From Nitrososphaera viennensis EN76 (lineage in GTDB: Archaea; Thermoproteota; Nitrososphaeria; Nitrososphaerales; Nitrososphaeraceae), in assembly GCF_000698785.1 (NCBI RefSeq), contig NZ_CP007536.1:1530001-1562000 (forward strand): a stretch of 32,000 nucleotides of DNA, read 5' to 3'. Under the pieces are notes generated by a model, which was not told the origin of the DNA, ran no database searches, and saw only the letters and a program-made list of their open reading frames with translations. The position numbers and the translations under genes are program-made. Numbering within the stretch: position 1 is the first letter of the stretch; each line of letters begins with the position of its first letter. Shown here in pieces: positions 1-8,475 of this stretch.

Positions 1-93
1 GGGCAGTTTCTTCCAGAGTTTGCGCCCGAAATAACGCGACATTACAACCATGACGATAACTCGTAAATATTTTTTCTGCCGTACCAAGAGGCT

Positions 94-432
94 ATGAGCC
101 TTCATGAGCTAAAATGCGAGGCGTGCAGAGGAGATGTGCCCGTGCTTCAAGAAAGGGAGATTGCGGAGCTCCGGCCCGGCGTGCCCGACTGGGAATTAGC
201 CCTCGTGGACGGGATAAAAGTCCTCAGGCGGGTCTACAAGTTCAAGAATTTTGCAGAAGCGCTTTCATTTACAAACAAGGTAGGGGCACTGGCAGAAGAG
301 CAAGGGCACCATCCTGCGCTGCTGACAGAATGGGGCAAGGTAACCGTCACGTGGTGGACCCACGCGATAGGCGGCCTGCACAAGAACGACTTTATCATGG
401 CCGCCAAGACCGACAAGCTGCTGGAAAGTTGA
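94..432 (+). CDS. pterin-4-alpha-carbinolamine dehydratase (PCD/DCoH family)
   Basis: 112-aa ORF with ATG at 94. It carries family-typical motifs ([27 protein letters not shown] and KVTVTWWTH) and is full length for the family. Confidence 0.9.
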   Translation: MSLHELKCEACRGDVPVLQEREIAELRPGVPDWELALVDGIKVLRRVYKFKNFAEALSFTNKVGALAEEQGHHPALLTEWGKVTVTWWTHAIGGLHKNDFIMAAKTDKLLES

Positions 433-515
433 GCAGGTAATTATTTCCGGTAACTGCTCACTGCTTACTTTCAGATAACTGCCGCTCTTCTGTATTTTAA
501 TAACCCTCATAATGT

Positions 516-1028
516 ATGTGCAAAGTGCACAACGACAAAACAATTCTTGAAAACAAAACGAATCATCATCGTCGTCTGTTGGCTGGTCTTGCGGCAACAA
601 TAATGGCGGCAGCAGGATTCGCAGGGGACTTTTTGTTTCCGGAATCATTTGCAGCAACAACGACAGAAGCATCCACCGCACTTCAGGAAGAAGACACCAC
701 TAAACCGACCGGAACCATCATTTCGCCGGCGCCAGGGAACACGGTTCAGCTGAACACCCCCATAACTGTGACCGGGACCGCGTTTGACGACGTAGAAATA
801 TCAAAGGTCGAGGTCAGGGCTGTGAACCTGGAAGATACAAAGGGGACGACGTACGCTCTGGCAACCTCGTCTGACGGGTATGCCAGCTGGACATTTACCC
901 TGACGATACCAAGCGAGAGTTACGAGAACATCACTGTGAGGATAACCGATACTTCGGGCAACCAAAAGTGGATGACGCACCGTGTTCAGGTCACAGGAAC
1001 CGTTCCTGTGACGACGACAACAACATAG
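516..1028 (+). CDS. secreted Ig-like beta-sandwich protein with a Tat-like signal; function unknown
   Basis: 170 aa. The N-terminus has a twin-arginine-like motif (HHRRLLAGLAATIMAAAGFAG) followed by a hydrophobic stretch. The body is beta-rich (TGTIISPAPGNTVQLNTPITVTGTAFDDVEISKVEVRA) and the tail is Thr-rich (VPVTTTTT). Confidence 0.55.
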   Translation: MCKVHNDKTILENKTNHHRRLLAGLAATIMAAAGFAGDFLFPESFAATTTEASTALQEEDTTKPTGTIISPAPGNTVQLNTPITVTGTAFDDVEISKVEVRAVNLEDTKGTTYALATSSDGYASWTFTLTIPSESYENITVRITDTSGNQKWMTHRVQVTGTVPVTTTTT

Positions 1029-1256
1029 TAGTAATAGTAGCAGTGCTCCCTGCCGCCGGAAAGAACAGAGAGGCTGCTGCGGCCGCCGTCATTCTGCCGA
1101 GGGGCAAGAAGACGGTCCGGCGCGCAGATACAAAAATCGTCTTATTGCGTTTGTTTGTCCGCGCGCGTCGGCACAGCGCGCGTAATAATAGTAATAATAA
1201 TATTTTATAGCAAGAAAGCGCCGTATCACAGTTGTCGCGCAGCAGGTCTTTTGAAA

Positions 1257-2081
1257 ATGCAGTACAGGATGATAAAACGCCTCGGGTCCGGCGGCTTTGG
1301 GAACGTCTACCAGGTAGAGGGGAGCGACGGCAACACCTACGCAATGAAGCTCCTAAAAAGCGCCGACGTGGTAAACAAGAAGCGCTTTGAGCGCGAGATC
1401 AAGATACTGGCCACCCTGGACCACCCAAGCGTGGTCAGGATATACCAGTGGAACCTCGGGGGCGACCCTCCCGACTTTAGCCCGTGGTACGTCATGGAGT
1501 ACCTGCGCGGGGGCTCGCTTCGGGAGCACATGGACGAAAAGTTCCGCGACAGGTATGTGTTCCAGCGGAACAGGTCCATAAACTCGATAATCCTGCCCGT
1601 ATGCAACGCGCTTGCGCAGGCCCACAGCCTGGGCATATACCACCGCGATTTAAAGCCAGACAACATCATGTACGTGGATGGCGACAGGACGGCCATCAAG
1701 ATAACGGACTGGGGCCTCGGCAGGGACATCAACAGAAAATCTTTGATGCTAACGGCGGAGATAGGCCACGTCGGGGGCGACCCGGGCTACTGCGCGCCCG
1801 AGCAATGGTTTGCCGCCGAAAACCATGTTGACGGCAGGGCCGACATATTCTCGATGGGGGTGATGCTGTACGAAATGATGACCGGCAGGAGGCCGGCGCA
1901 CTATGACAACCACATGGGCAGGCCCGCCGTCGAGCCGCCGTCAAAGTTCCATCCAAGCATATCTCCCCAGATGGACAGGCTGGTACTGAAGATGCTCAGC
2001 CTGCGCCAGGAAGAGAGGCCGCAGTCGGTCTGGGAGCTGATGTCAGAAATAGAGAACCTGCCTGACGCCAGGTACTACTAG
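1257..2081 (+). CDS. Ser/Thr protein kinase (Hanks type, kinase domain only)
   Basis: Kinase motifs are present: Gly loop GSGGFGNVY, YAMKLLK lysine, HRDLKPDN catalytic loop, DWG in place of DFG, and YCAPEQ (APE). I chose the ATG at 1257 (MQYRMIKRLG) over the ORF-track start at 1155, because the 34 upstream codons look non-coding. Confidence 0.85.
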   Translation: MQYRMIKRLGSGGFGNVYQVEGSDGNTYAMKLLKSADVVNKKRFEREIKILATLDHPSVVRIYQWNLGGDPPDFSPWYVMEYLRGGSLREHMDEKFRDRYVFQRNRSINSIILPVCNALAQAHSLGIYHRDLKPDNIMYVDGDRTAIKITDWGLGRDINRKSLMLTAEIGHVGGDPGYCAPEQWFAAENHVDGRADIFSMGVMLYEMMTGRRPAHYDNHMGRPAVEPPSKFHPSISPQMDRLVLKMLSLRQEERPQSVWELMSEIENLPDARYY

Positions 2082-2156
2082 AAAAACTCGTGTGGCACGC
2101 GCAATAAAAGAAAGAAAAAAGGAAGGAATGTACGGCTATCCCTCGCTCATCCACTA

Positions 2157-3140
2157 CTACTGCTGTTGCGCCTTCCACGTGTCAAAGTCGTACGTGTCGT
2201 CTGTTTCTGGTAGAGCCGTGCCCGTTTGTACGAGGAATTCCAGGGGGCTGGCTCCTGACACTATGTCCAGTTCGGTGCTGTTGGTATCGGTATCTCCTAT
2301 TTTGATGGCAACCAGGTCGGACGTACCGTCGCTGTTCCAGTCATCTGCTGCAAAATCAAACTCTTCATCTGCCTGCGGCAGTACTGTGCCTGTCTGGACG
2401 AGGAATTCTTGCGGATTGGCTCCTGACACTACTTGTATTTCGGTGCTGTTCGTGCCAGTGTTGCTCATTTTTATGGCAACCACGTCAGCTGTGCCGTCGT
2501 TGTTCCAGTCGTCAACTGCGAAATCAAATTCTTCGCCTGCCTGCGGCAGGGCGGTGCCTGTTTGAACCAGAAATGCAGTGAAATTGGATGCGCCATTCAG
2601 GACTTGTATTTCGGTGCTGTTGGTTTCTGTGTTGCTCATCTTGATGGCGACCAGGTCGGACGTACCGTCGCTGTTCCAGTCGTCAAATCCAAAGTCGTAC
2701 GTCTCGTCTGTTTCCGGCAATGCAGTGCCCGTTTGTACGAGGAATGAAGTGAAATTGGATGCGCCATCCAGAATCTGGAGTTCGGTGCTGTTCGTGCCAG
2801 TGTTGCTCATTTTTATGGCAACCACGTCAGCTGTGCCATCATGATTCCAGTCATCTACTGCAAACTCGTACGTCTCGTCTGTTTCCGGTAGAGCCGTGCC
2901 CGTCTGGAGGAGCAATTGCTGCGGATTAGTCCCTGACACCACATAGACTTCGGTGCTGTTGGTCTGGGTATTGCTCTTTTTAAAGGCAAACAAGTCGGGG
3001 GATGACGACGACGGTGGTGGTGGTGATTGGGCGGCCGCCAAGTTTGGCCCTTGGGTGGCTGCCAATGAGAGCGTGCTTGAAACAATCATCATTGAAACGA
3101 TGATTGCAGGCATTGCAGATTTTTTTCTGATATTCATCAC
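2157..3140 (-). CDS. secreted FG-GAP/VCBS-like repeat protein with Ca-binding DxNxDGxxD motifs
   Basis: 327 aa with an N-terminal signal/anchor (MMNIRKKSAMPAIIVSMMIVSSTLSLAA) and a PPPPSSSSP linker. Five repeats of about 57 aa follow, each with D-W-N-x-DGT-x-D, VAIK, NST sequons and LVQTGTALP. Confidence 0.75.
   Translation of the reverse strand: MMNIRKKSAMPAIIVSMMIVSSTLSLAATQGPNLAAAQSPPPPSSSSPDLFAFKKSNTQTNSTEVYVVSGTNPQQLLLQTGTALPETDETYEFAVDDWNHDGTADVVAIKMSNTGTNSTELQILDGASNFTSFLVQTGTALPETDETYDFGFDDWNSDGTSDLVAIKMSNTETNSTEIQVLNGASNFTAFLVQTGTALPQAGEEFDFAVDDWNNDGTADVVAIKMSNTGTNSTEIQVVSGANPQEFLVQTGTVLPQADEEFDFAADDWNSDGTSDLVAIKIGDTDTNSTELDIVSGASPLEFLVQTGTALPETDDTYDFDTWKAQQQ
2175..2993 (-). repeat. 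intragenic tandem repeat, period about 171 bp, 5 units
   Basis: Coding repeats of the FG-GAP gene. Bases 2440-2495 are identical over 56 nt to 2782-2837, an offset of exactly 342 bp (2 x 171). Segments at about 2312 and about 2651 (ccaggtcggacgtaccgtcgctgttccagtc) are also identical. Confidence 0.85.
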
Positions 3141-3411
3141 CCTAAGTTTCCGGACTTGTTTTTAACAATAGCAGGAGGGCCAGCAGAGGACAAAATAACA
3201 AAACTATGTACAGGAAGAAGAAGAAATGAAATGAGATGCATTTCTTTCCTTGCAGGCATACACACGCGCATATCGGCCGCGGACGTTTGGACGTTAGCTA
3301 TTTTTGCACCGAATATACATACACGCACACCGTGCATCCATGCATGCCATCCATAACGTTGCGCCATTTTCGAGGAAATCCCTAAATTGATAACCTGTTT
3401 TCGGCTCTATT

Positions 3412-4293
3412 ATGAAATACGCAAACGTTGTATCCACGGTCGCAGTGGCGGCAGCCTTGCTTGCCCTGGCCGTAGCTCTGGTGCAGCCGTCGCATCAGCA
3501 AACCACTGCAGTCAACAACAACAATCTTGGCAGGGTCAGGCCATCATGGCCGCCCAATGTCCACGCCAACGTCAGGACGGACTTTAATCCGGAAATTAGC
3601 ACCCCGCAAATAAGCGACACTGCTTTCATTCACCCGTTTGCGGTGGTCATAGGCGATTGCCACATAGGCAAGATGGTCATGGTGGCTCCGACTGCCGTCT
3701 GCCGGGGAGACGAAGGAACGCCGATCCACGTTGGCGACTACTCTAACATGCAGGACGGGGTCGTCATCCATGCGCTGGAAACAACCGAGAATGGGACGAT
3801 CATTGACGGCCGGCGCTTTACAAGTGACGGAATCCGGCTTGCAGGAAAGGATGGCGGTGATGATGGCGCATTTTCAGAAGGATATGCGGTATGGGTCGGC
3901 GACCGTACAAGCCTGGCTCACGGCGCCATGATTCATGGCCCCGCATGGATTGGAAACGACACGTTTGTTGGCATGGAAGCGATGATCTTTAACGCCAAGA
4001 TAGGGAATAACGTCGCCGTGGGCGTTTCAAGCACGATAACTGGCGGCGTTGCCATACCTGACGGCAGGTTCGTTCCGCCGGGAAGCGTGATAACCACGCA
4101 GGAGCAGGCAGACAGCCTTCCGTCCCGCATTGGAAGCCCCTACGAGGATACCAACAAGGCGGTCATACACGTCAATGAAAACCTTGCCGAGGGTTATGAC
4201 GGGCTTGGGCTGGAAGAGCTGGCCCGCCAGAGAGAGGCGCAGATGGAAGAAGGAATGATGGAAACAGCTGGCAACAGCAGCGGCGGCAGCTAG
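3412..4293 (+). CDS. secreted gamma-class carbonic anhydrase (Cam type, left-handed beta-helix)
   Basis: The N-terminal signal is MKYANVVSTVAVAAALLALAVALV. The core aligns by eye with Methanosarcina Cam: CRGDEGTPIHVGDYSNMQDGVVIHALET and SLAHGAMIHGPAWIGNDTFVGME. The three Zn-ligand His, the Arg/Glu of RGDEG, the Gln of QDG and the Glu of HALE are all present. The C-terminal half matches too (IPDGRFVPPGSVITTQEQADSLP, VIHVNENLAEGY). Confidence 0.85.
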   Translation: MKYANVVSTVAVAAALLALAVALVQPSHQQTTAVNNNNLGRVRPSWPPNVHANVRTDFNPEISTPQISDTAFIHPFAVVIGDCHIGKMVMVAPTAVCRGDEGTPIHVGDYSNMQDGVVIHALETTENGTIIDGRRFTSDGIRLAGKDGGDDGAFSEGYAVWVGDRTSLAHGAMIHGPAWIGNDTFVGMEAMIFNAKIGNNVAVGVSSTITGGVAIPDGRFVPPGSVITTQEQADSLPSRIGSPYEDTNKAVIHVNENLAEGYDGLGLEELARQREAQMEEGMMETAGNSSGGS

Positions 4294-4538
4294 CTAGCTG
4301 GTTAGCTCCCCCCTCCTCTTCTTCTTTCTTTTTAGCCGTTGCACAATTCTCTCGTTTCCAGCCGTGATATCAAGCAGGAAAAAGGATTTGGGCATAGGCC
4401 GGGGGCTCGCTGGGGTGGGGGAGGGTAGAAGGGGAACAACGCATCGTGTCACTGTCGTCACCGCAGGATCCTTTTCCCACCTGTTTCATGCGTAAATCTT
4501 AATGTTAGTAGTAGCCACAGACTTGACACAGTACCAAG

Positions 4539-5846
4539 ATGGATAACGATTATCATCATCATTCTTCTACTACTACTGCCGCCAATCTTGCGGCGTCTGC
4601 GTCGCTCATCATCGCCCGAATTTTTTACGGGGCAAATTGGTTCAATGTAGCTGCAATATTTCCCCTGATAGCACTGGAGTTTGGCCAGGATGTCTCTCTG
4701 CTTGGCTCGATATCTGCCGCATTTCTGATAGGCGTGGGAGCGTTTCAGGTCCCGTCTGGAATATTTGCAGCCAGGCACAGCCCGCGCACATCTGCCATAG
4801 CTGGAATCGCAGTGTCGTCAGCAGCCGCCCTGGTTTCCGGCCTTATCTCCGAGGCGCCTCAGCTGGTCTGGCTGCGCTTCATTGTTGGCGCCGGCATGGC
4901 TTTCTTTTTCAGCTCCGGCGTGGTGCTCATTGCAAGGTATGCCAACAGGAATTCGCCCGGTCTTTCAATAGGGGTGATGAATGCCGCCCATTCTGTAGGC
5001 GGCATCATTGGCATTCTTGGCTGGATTGTCATCGCAGTGGCCATTGGGTGGCGGCAAAGCCTTGTCCTGAGCGGGGCAATCGGCCTTGCAACTGCACTGC
5101 TGCTGGTGCTGACAATTCCAAAAAGAGAAACTACTAAAAGCACTGATGGCAGCCCACCTCCTTCTTCCTCCCCCTCTGATCGCAAGCCGCCACTCCCACC
5201 ATCACCGCCGCTGCCGCTAAACGGCGCTGCAGTCTTGAAAATACTGTCAAACCACTCGATAGTTGCGCTTGGCCTGGTCCTTACCGGAATTCAGGCGGCG
5301 TGGGCCCTGACACTGACATTTATCGTTGTATTCCTGCAGGAACTTGAAGCCTCCCTTGAAATAATAGGGATCATCGCAAGCGTCGCCTTGATCTCTGCCA
5401 TAATTTCTGCGCCGCTGATAGGGAGGGTCTATGACAGGGTAATAAGGGATGCCAGAAAGATCCTGCTGATCTGCGGAGCCGCCACAAGCCTGGCCACTGC
5501 CGCAGTATCAACAGCAATCCTTCCTGTCATAGTAGCCGCTGTCATTGTGATCGGCTTTTTTGCAGGCGGGGCGTTTACCGTTGCCTACGCAAAGGCCCGC
5601 AGGACGCCTGTCAGGGGCCTGGGCCTGGAGCCGCCGGACTCTGGCGGCGATGGTTCAGCTAGCAGCAACTATAGCGCGCTCAACGTTGCATGGGTAAACG
5701 GCCTGTCCCTCCTGGGCGTGCTATGGATGCCTGTCGCATTCTCTTATGCAGTCCAGCATGCCGGAGGATATCCAGCGGCGTGGATGCTTGCCGGCGTCTT
5801 GACGGCCTTGTTTGTGACCGTCCCTCTGCTCAAGGTGGAAAAGTAA
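4539..5846 (+). CDS. MFS-type transporter
   Basis: 435 aa with about 12 hydrophobic segments in a 6+6 arrangement. A cytoplasmic Pro/Ser-rich central loop (DGSPPPSSSPSDRKPPLPPSPPLP) separates the halves. Substrate is unknown. Confidence 0.7.
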   Translation: MDNDYHHHSSTTTAANLAASASLIIARIFYGANWFNVAAIFPLIALEFGQDVSLLGSISAAFLIGVGAFQVPSGIFAARHSPRTSAIAGIAVSSAAALVSGLISEAPQLVWLRFIVGAGMAFFFSSGVVLIARYANRNSPGLSIGVMNAAHSVGGIIGILGWIVIAVAIGWRQSLVLSGAIGLATALLLVLTIPKRETTKSTDGSPPPSSSPSDRKPPLPPSPPLPLNGAAVLKILSNHSIVALGLVLTGIQAAWALTLTFIVVFLQELEASLEIIGIIASVALISAIISAPLIGRVYDRVIRDARKILLICGAATSLATAAVSTAILPVIVAAVIVIGFFAGGAFTVAYAKARRTPVRGLGLEPPDSGGDGSASSNYSALNVAWVNGLSLLGVLWMPVAFSYAVQHAGGYPAAWMLAGVLTALFVTVPLLKVEK

Positions 5847-5959
5847 AGAGAGACACACACATATCGCCACCACAAGTCTCTTTTCTGGTCATTTGGGGTA
5901 GTGTGTCTTGTAAAAAAGAGAAAGAAAGGGATGAGGTTTTCCTGTTTTTTGCCCGTGTT

Positions 5960-6553
5960 TCAAGCCTCTTCTTCTTCAGGAATATCTGTTGAGGGATCTG
6001 TCGGTGCCGTTGTCGGCTTGAAATCCGCCCTCAGGCTGTACGTCACGTCAAACGGCTCTGCATCTAGCGAGTGCAGGGACAAGGATTGTCCCGTGAAACT
6101 GGATGCGCCGTTTTCCTCGCTTGGACTTGCCAGGGTGTCCCCATCGACCACCAGAGTCACGTTTGCGCTTGAGGACCAGATGATGTCGCCAGACCACTGA
6201 AACCCGCTGACAGGCGGCAACAGAAATACGCCCTCGACCCCATCGTGGATCCGTGAAGAATGGATTGTCCGGGCAGAGACGAATATGCTGCCATTGACCA
6301 CCACTGTCGTGTCATCATTTCCCGGCACCTCCGGAATTTCAGGCTCGGTGCCGTTGGTCATGGGCGGTTCCGGTAGCGTGTTGTTGTTTGCAGGAGGTAC
6401 GGGCGTCGTGTTGTTTGCCGGCGGAACATAAGGCGCGTACGAATAGTACTGGGGTCCCGGCGCCTGCGCCTGTACAGGAATAACAGCAATGGCATAAGAA
6501 AGCGCCGCTATCACTCCAAGCGTTGCAAGCGTGTAAATATTCGTGTCCTTCAT
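5960..6553 (-). CDS. secreted/anchored protein of unknown function
   Basis: I chose the ATG at 6553 (MKDTNIYTLATLGVIAALSYAIAVIPVQAQA, signal-like). A Pro/Asn-rich linker, a beta-rich body and an acidic tail (PEEEEA) follow. The ORF track extends the ORF to 6607. Confidence 0.45.
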   Translation of the reverse strand: MKDTNIYTLATLGVIAALSYAIAVIPVQAQAPGPQYYSYAPYVPPANNTTPVPPANNNTLPEPPMTNGTEPEIPEVPGNDDTTVVVNGSIFVSARTIHSSRIHDGVEGVFLLPPVSGFQWSGDIIWSSSANVTLVVDGDTLASPSEENGASSFTGQSLSLHSLDAEPFDVTYSLRADFKPTTAPTDPSTDIPEEEEA

Positions 6554-6738
6554 CGGTTTCAAACCGGCCATGACATGCCAGAAATACATTAGGGAAGTCA
6601 TTTTCATACGATTATGCCACTAACGTGTTTCTACCACTATTCTACACAGCCTTTCTTTTTTTATTCAGAGTTCAAAAATAAGGCTTGCTTAAATGGCCTG
6701 CCCTCGTAGAATAATTAGCAGCAGTGGCATCGGGATAC

Positions 6739-7188
6739 ATGAGAGTCTACCGCATTTCTGCTATCACACTCAAAGTAAAGGAGATGGGAAGCTCGTGCCA
6801 GTTTTATTCAAAGATACCGGGATTTAGAATCGTCTATGGGGGCGCCTCTGATGACACCTTTTCAACATTTGAGATCGGTGAAGGAGAAAAGAAGGCATAT
6901 CTCAATTTAGAGTTGGCAGAAATGGCCGCCGGGAGAAAGTCGAAGGAAGCAGGCATAGAAAGAGAGCAAGGAAGCAGCAAAAGAAATGATTTTGGGAGAA
7001 TAATATTTCATACAGAAAATGTTGACGACCTCTACCGGTACATGAAGAAAGACGAGTTTCTCTGCAAGCACGCAATATTTGAAACCGAGCCTGCTGACGC
7101 CCCCTGGGGCGAGAGGTTCTTTCACATCAGAGAGCCTGATGGCTACCAATTGTCTTTTGCCCAGCCTCTCAAGACTGTGTCGCTTTAG
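6739..7188 (+). CDS. VOC family protein (glyoxalase/bleomycin-resistance fold)
   Basis: The N-terminal strand-helix (ISAITLKVKEMGSSCQFYSKIPGF) and C-terminal FHIREPDGYQLSFAQP are typical of the VOC fold. The track start is a GTG at 6724; the ATG at 6739 is more likely. Confidence 0.65.
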   Translation: MRVYRISAITLKVKEMGSSCQFYSKIPGFRIVYGGASDDTFSTFEIGEGEKKAYLNLELAEMAAGRKSKEAGIEREQGSSKRNDFGRIIFHTENVDDLYRYMKKDEFLCKHAIFETEPADAPWGERFFHIREPDGYQLSFAQPLKTVSL

Positions 7189-7304
7189 GGCTGGATAGAT
7201 ATACGTGTGTGTACTGTCTCGGCACCTTGAACCTATGAATAGGCGTTGAAAGAAAAGGTGGAGGAGAGCCATATCGCCTTTTCGTTCCTCTTTAATATCA
7301 TACA

Positions 7305-8405
7305 GTGCTGGTATTCTTTGTGCAGGCATCTCGCAGATGTCTTCTATCACTCTTGATAATCATTACCTCATTTTCGACCATGTTCCAGTATGCGTTCATA
7401 ATAATGCCCGCTACAGCGGCAGCAGTAAACACTCGACCCAATTCAATGACTGGCTCGCCGGCATTTCTAATGCGAGAAAGCGAAGAAGGCGTATTCGCAT
7501 CAGTTGATCAGTTAAGCCGCGACCATCGCCATTTAGCCATGCAGGAACAACAACCACCCAGCATCTCTGGAGGCAGCGACACCGATGCATCGAACAATAC
7601 ATCATCACCACCACCATCATCATCTCCTCCTACTCCTGCAAGGAGTCAATCCATACCTTTCCTAACAGTTGTCGCGGATCAAGCTACCAGCACGGTTTTT
7701 CCAGGTTCCGGCCAAGTGCTAAAACTAATGATAGATGTCAGAGAAGGCAGAGGAGACATCTTGGTAAATACAAATATTTTCTCAGGAGGGTTGTGGCAGA
7801 ATTCGGCCAGGATAGCGGCATCGGTAGCCCAGTCCTTAACGCACGTTGACCTCTCTTCAAAAGAGGTGATACTTACGATAAAGAGCACAAACGCTACAGA
7901 AAGTGAAGAGGTATTAAGAAAATTCGGCGGCGGTGTCGATGGTCCAAGTGCCGGCGGAGCCATGACCGTCTTGCTAATTTCGGAACTTGAAGGAAAGGCA
8001 ATTAACAACTATACAGCCATGACAGGAACGATCAATCCAGACGGCACTATCGGTCCTGTTGGAGGGGTCATAGAAAAGGCGGTTGCAGCAGGAAAGTACG
8101 GGGCAAAGGTAATGCTGGTTCCAGCGGGCCAGGGTTATTATCCAGAATTGTCTTGCAAATATCAAGAACCACAACCATCATCATCATTGTCATCGTCGTC
8201 TTCCAGCGCGCTAACGGACTCGCAAATATGCAGGTTAGAGCAAAAGCCACTTTCAGCTTTGATGGAATCGCGGTACGGCATGAGGGTGATAGAGATTCCG
8301 GACGTGCAGTCAGCATTGCGTTATTTCCAGTCTGACAGCGGCAACGGGACAACAATTGTAGACTCGCCACATCACCAAAAACAACTGGAAGGTGGCCCAC
8401 CATAG
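7305..8405 (+). CDS. secreted/anchored Lon-type (S16) serine protease domain protein
   Basis: The Lon_C catalytic dyad context is present: VDGPSAGGAMTVLLISELEG (Ser) and GPVGGVIEKAVAAGKYGAKVMLVPAGQ (Lys). There is no AAA+ module. The N-terminus is hydrophobic and is followed by a Ser/Pro linker. The start is uncertain (GTG 7305 or ATG 7380). Confidence 0.7.
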   Translation: MLVFFVQASRRCLLSLLIIITSFSTMFQYAFIIMPATAAAVNTRPNSMTGSPAFLMRESEEGVFASVDQLSRDHRHLAMQEQQPPSISGGSDTDASNNTSSPPPSSSPPTPARSQSIPFLTVVADQATSTVFPGSGQVLKLMIDVREGRGDILVNTNIFSGGLWQNSARIAASVAQSLTHVDLSSKEVILTIKSTNATESEEVLRKFGGGVDGPSAGGAMTVLLISELEGKAINNYTAMTGTINPDGTIGPVGGVIEKAVAAGKYGAKVMLVPAGQGYYPELSCKYQEPQPSSSLSSSSSSALTDSQICRLEQKPLSALMESRYGMRVIEIPDVQSALRYFQSDSGNGTTIVDSPHHQKQLEGGPP

Positions 8406-8475
8406 AGACGGAACCGCCCACAAAAAACAAATCAAAACCCATGGAGGTGGGGAAGGAGGAGGAGAAAAATAACAT

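Noticed and set aside
2092-2844. Three plus-strand ORFs (2092-2565, 2433-2747, 2578-2844) with internally repeated peptide sequences.
   Set aside because: They are antisense shadows of the FG-GAP repeat gene. Their repetitiveness mirrors the minus-strand coding repeats, and only the minus-strand product has recognisable motifs and a signal peptide.
2175-2993. Regularly spaced repeats that could suggest a CRISPR array.
   Set aside because: The period is 171 bp with no short repeat/unique spacer structure. The repeats are in-frame protein repeats within one ORF.
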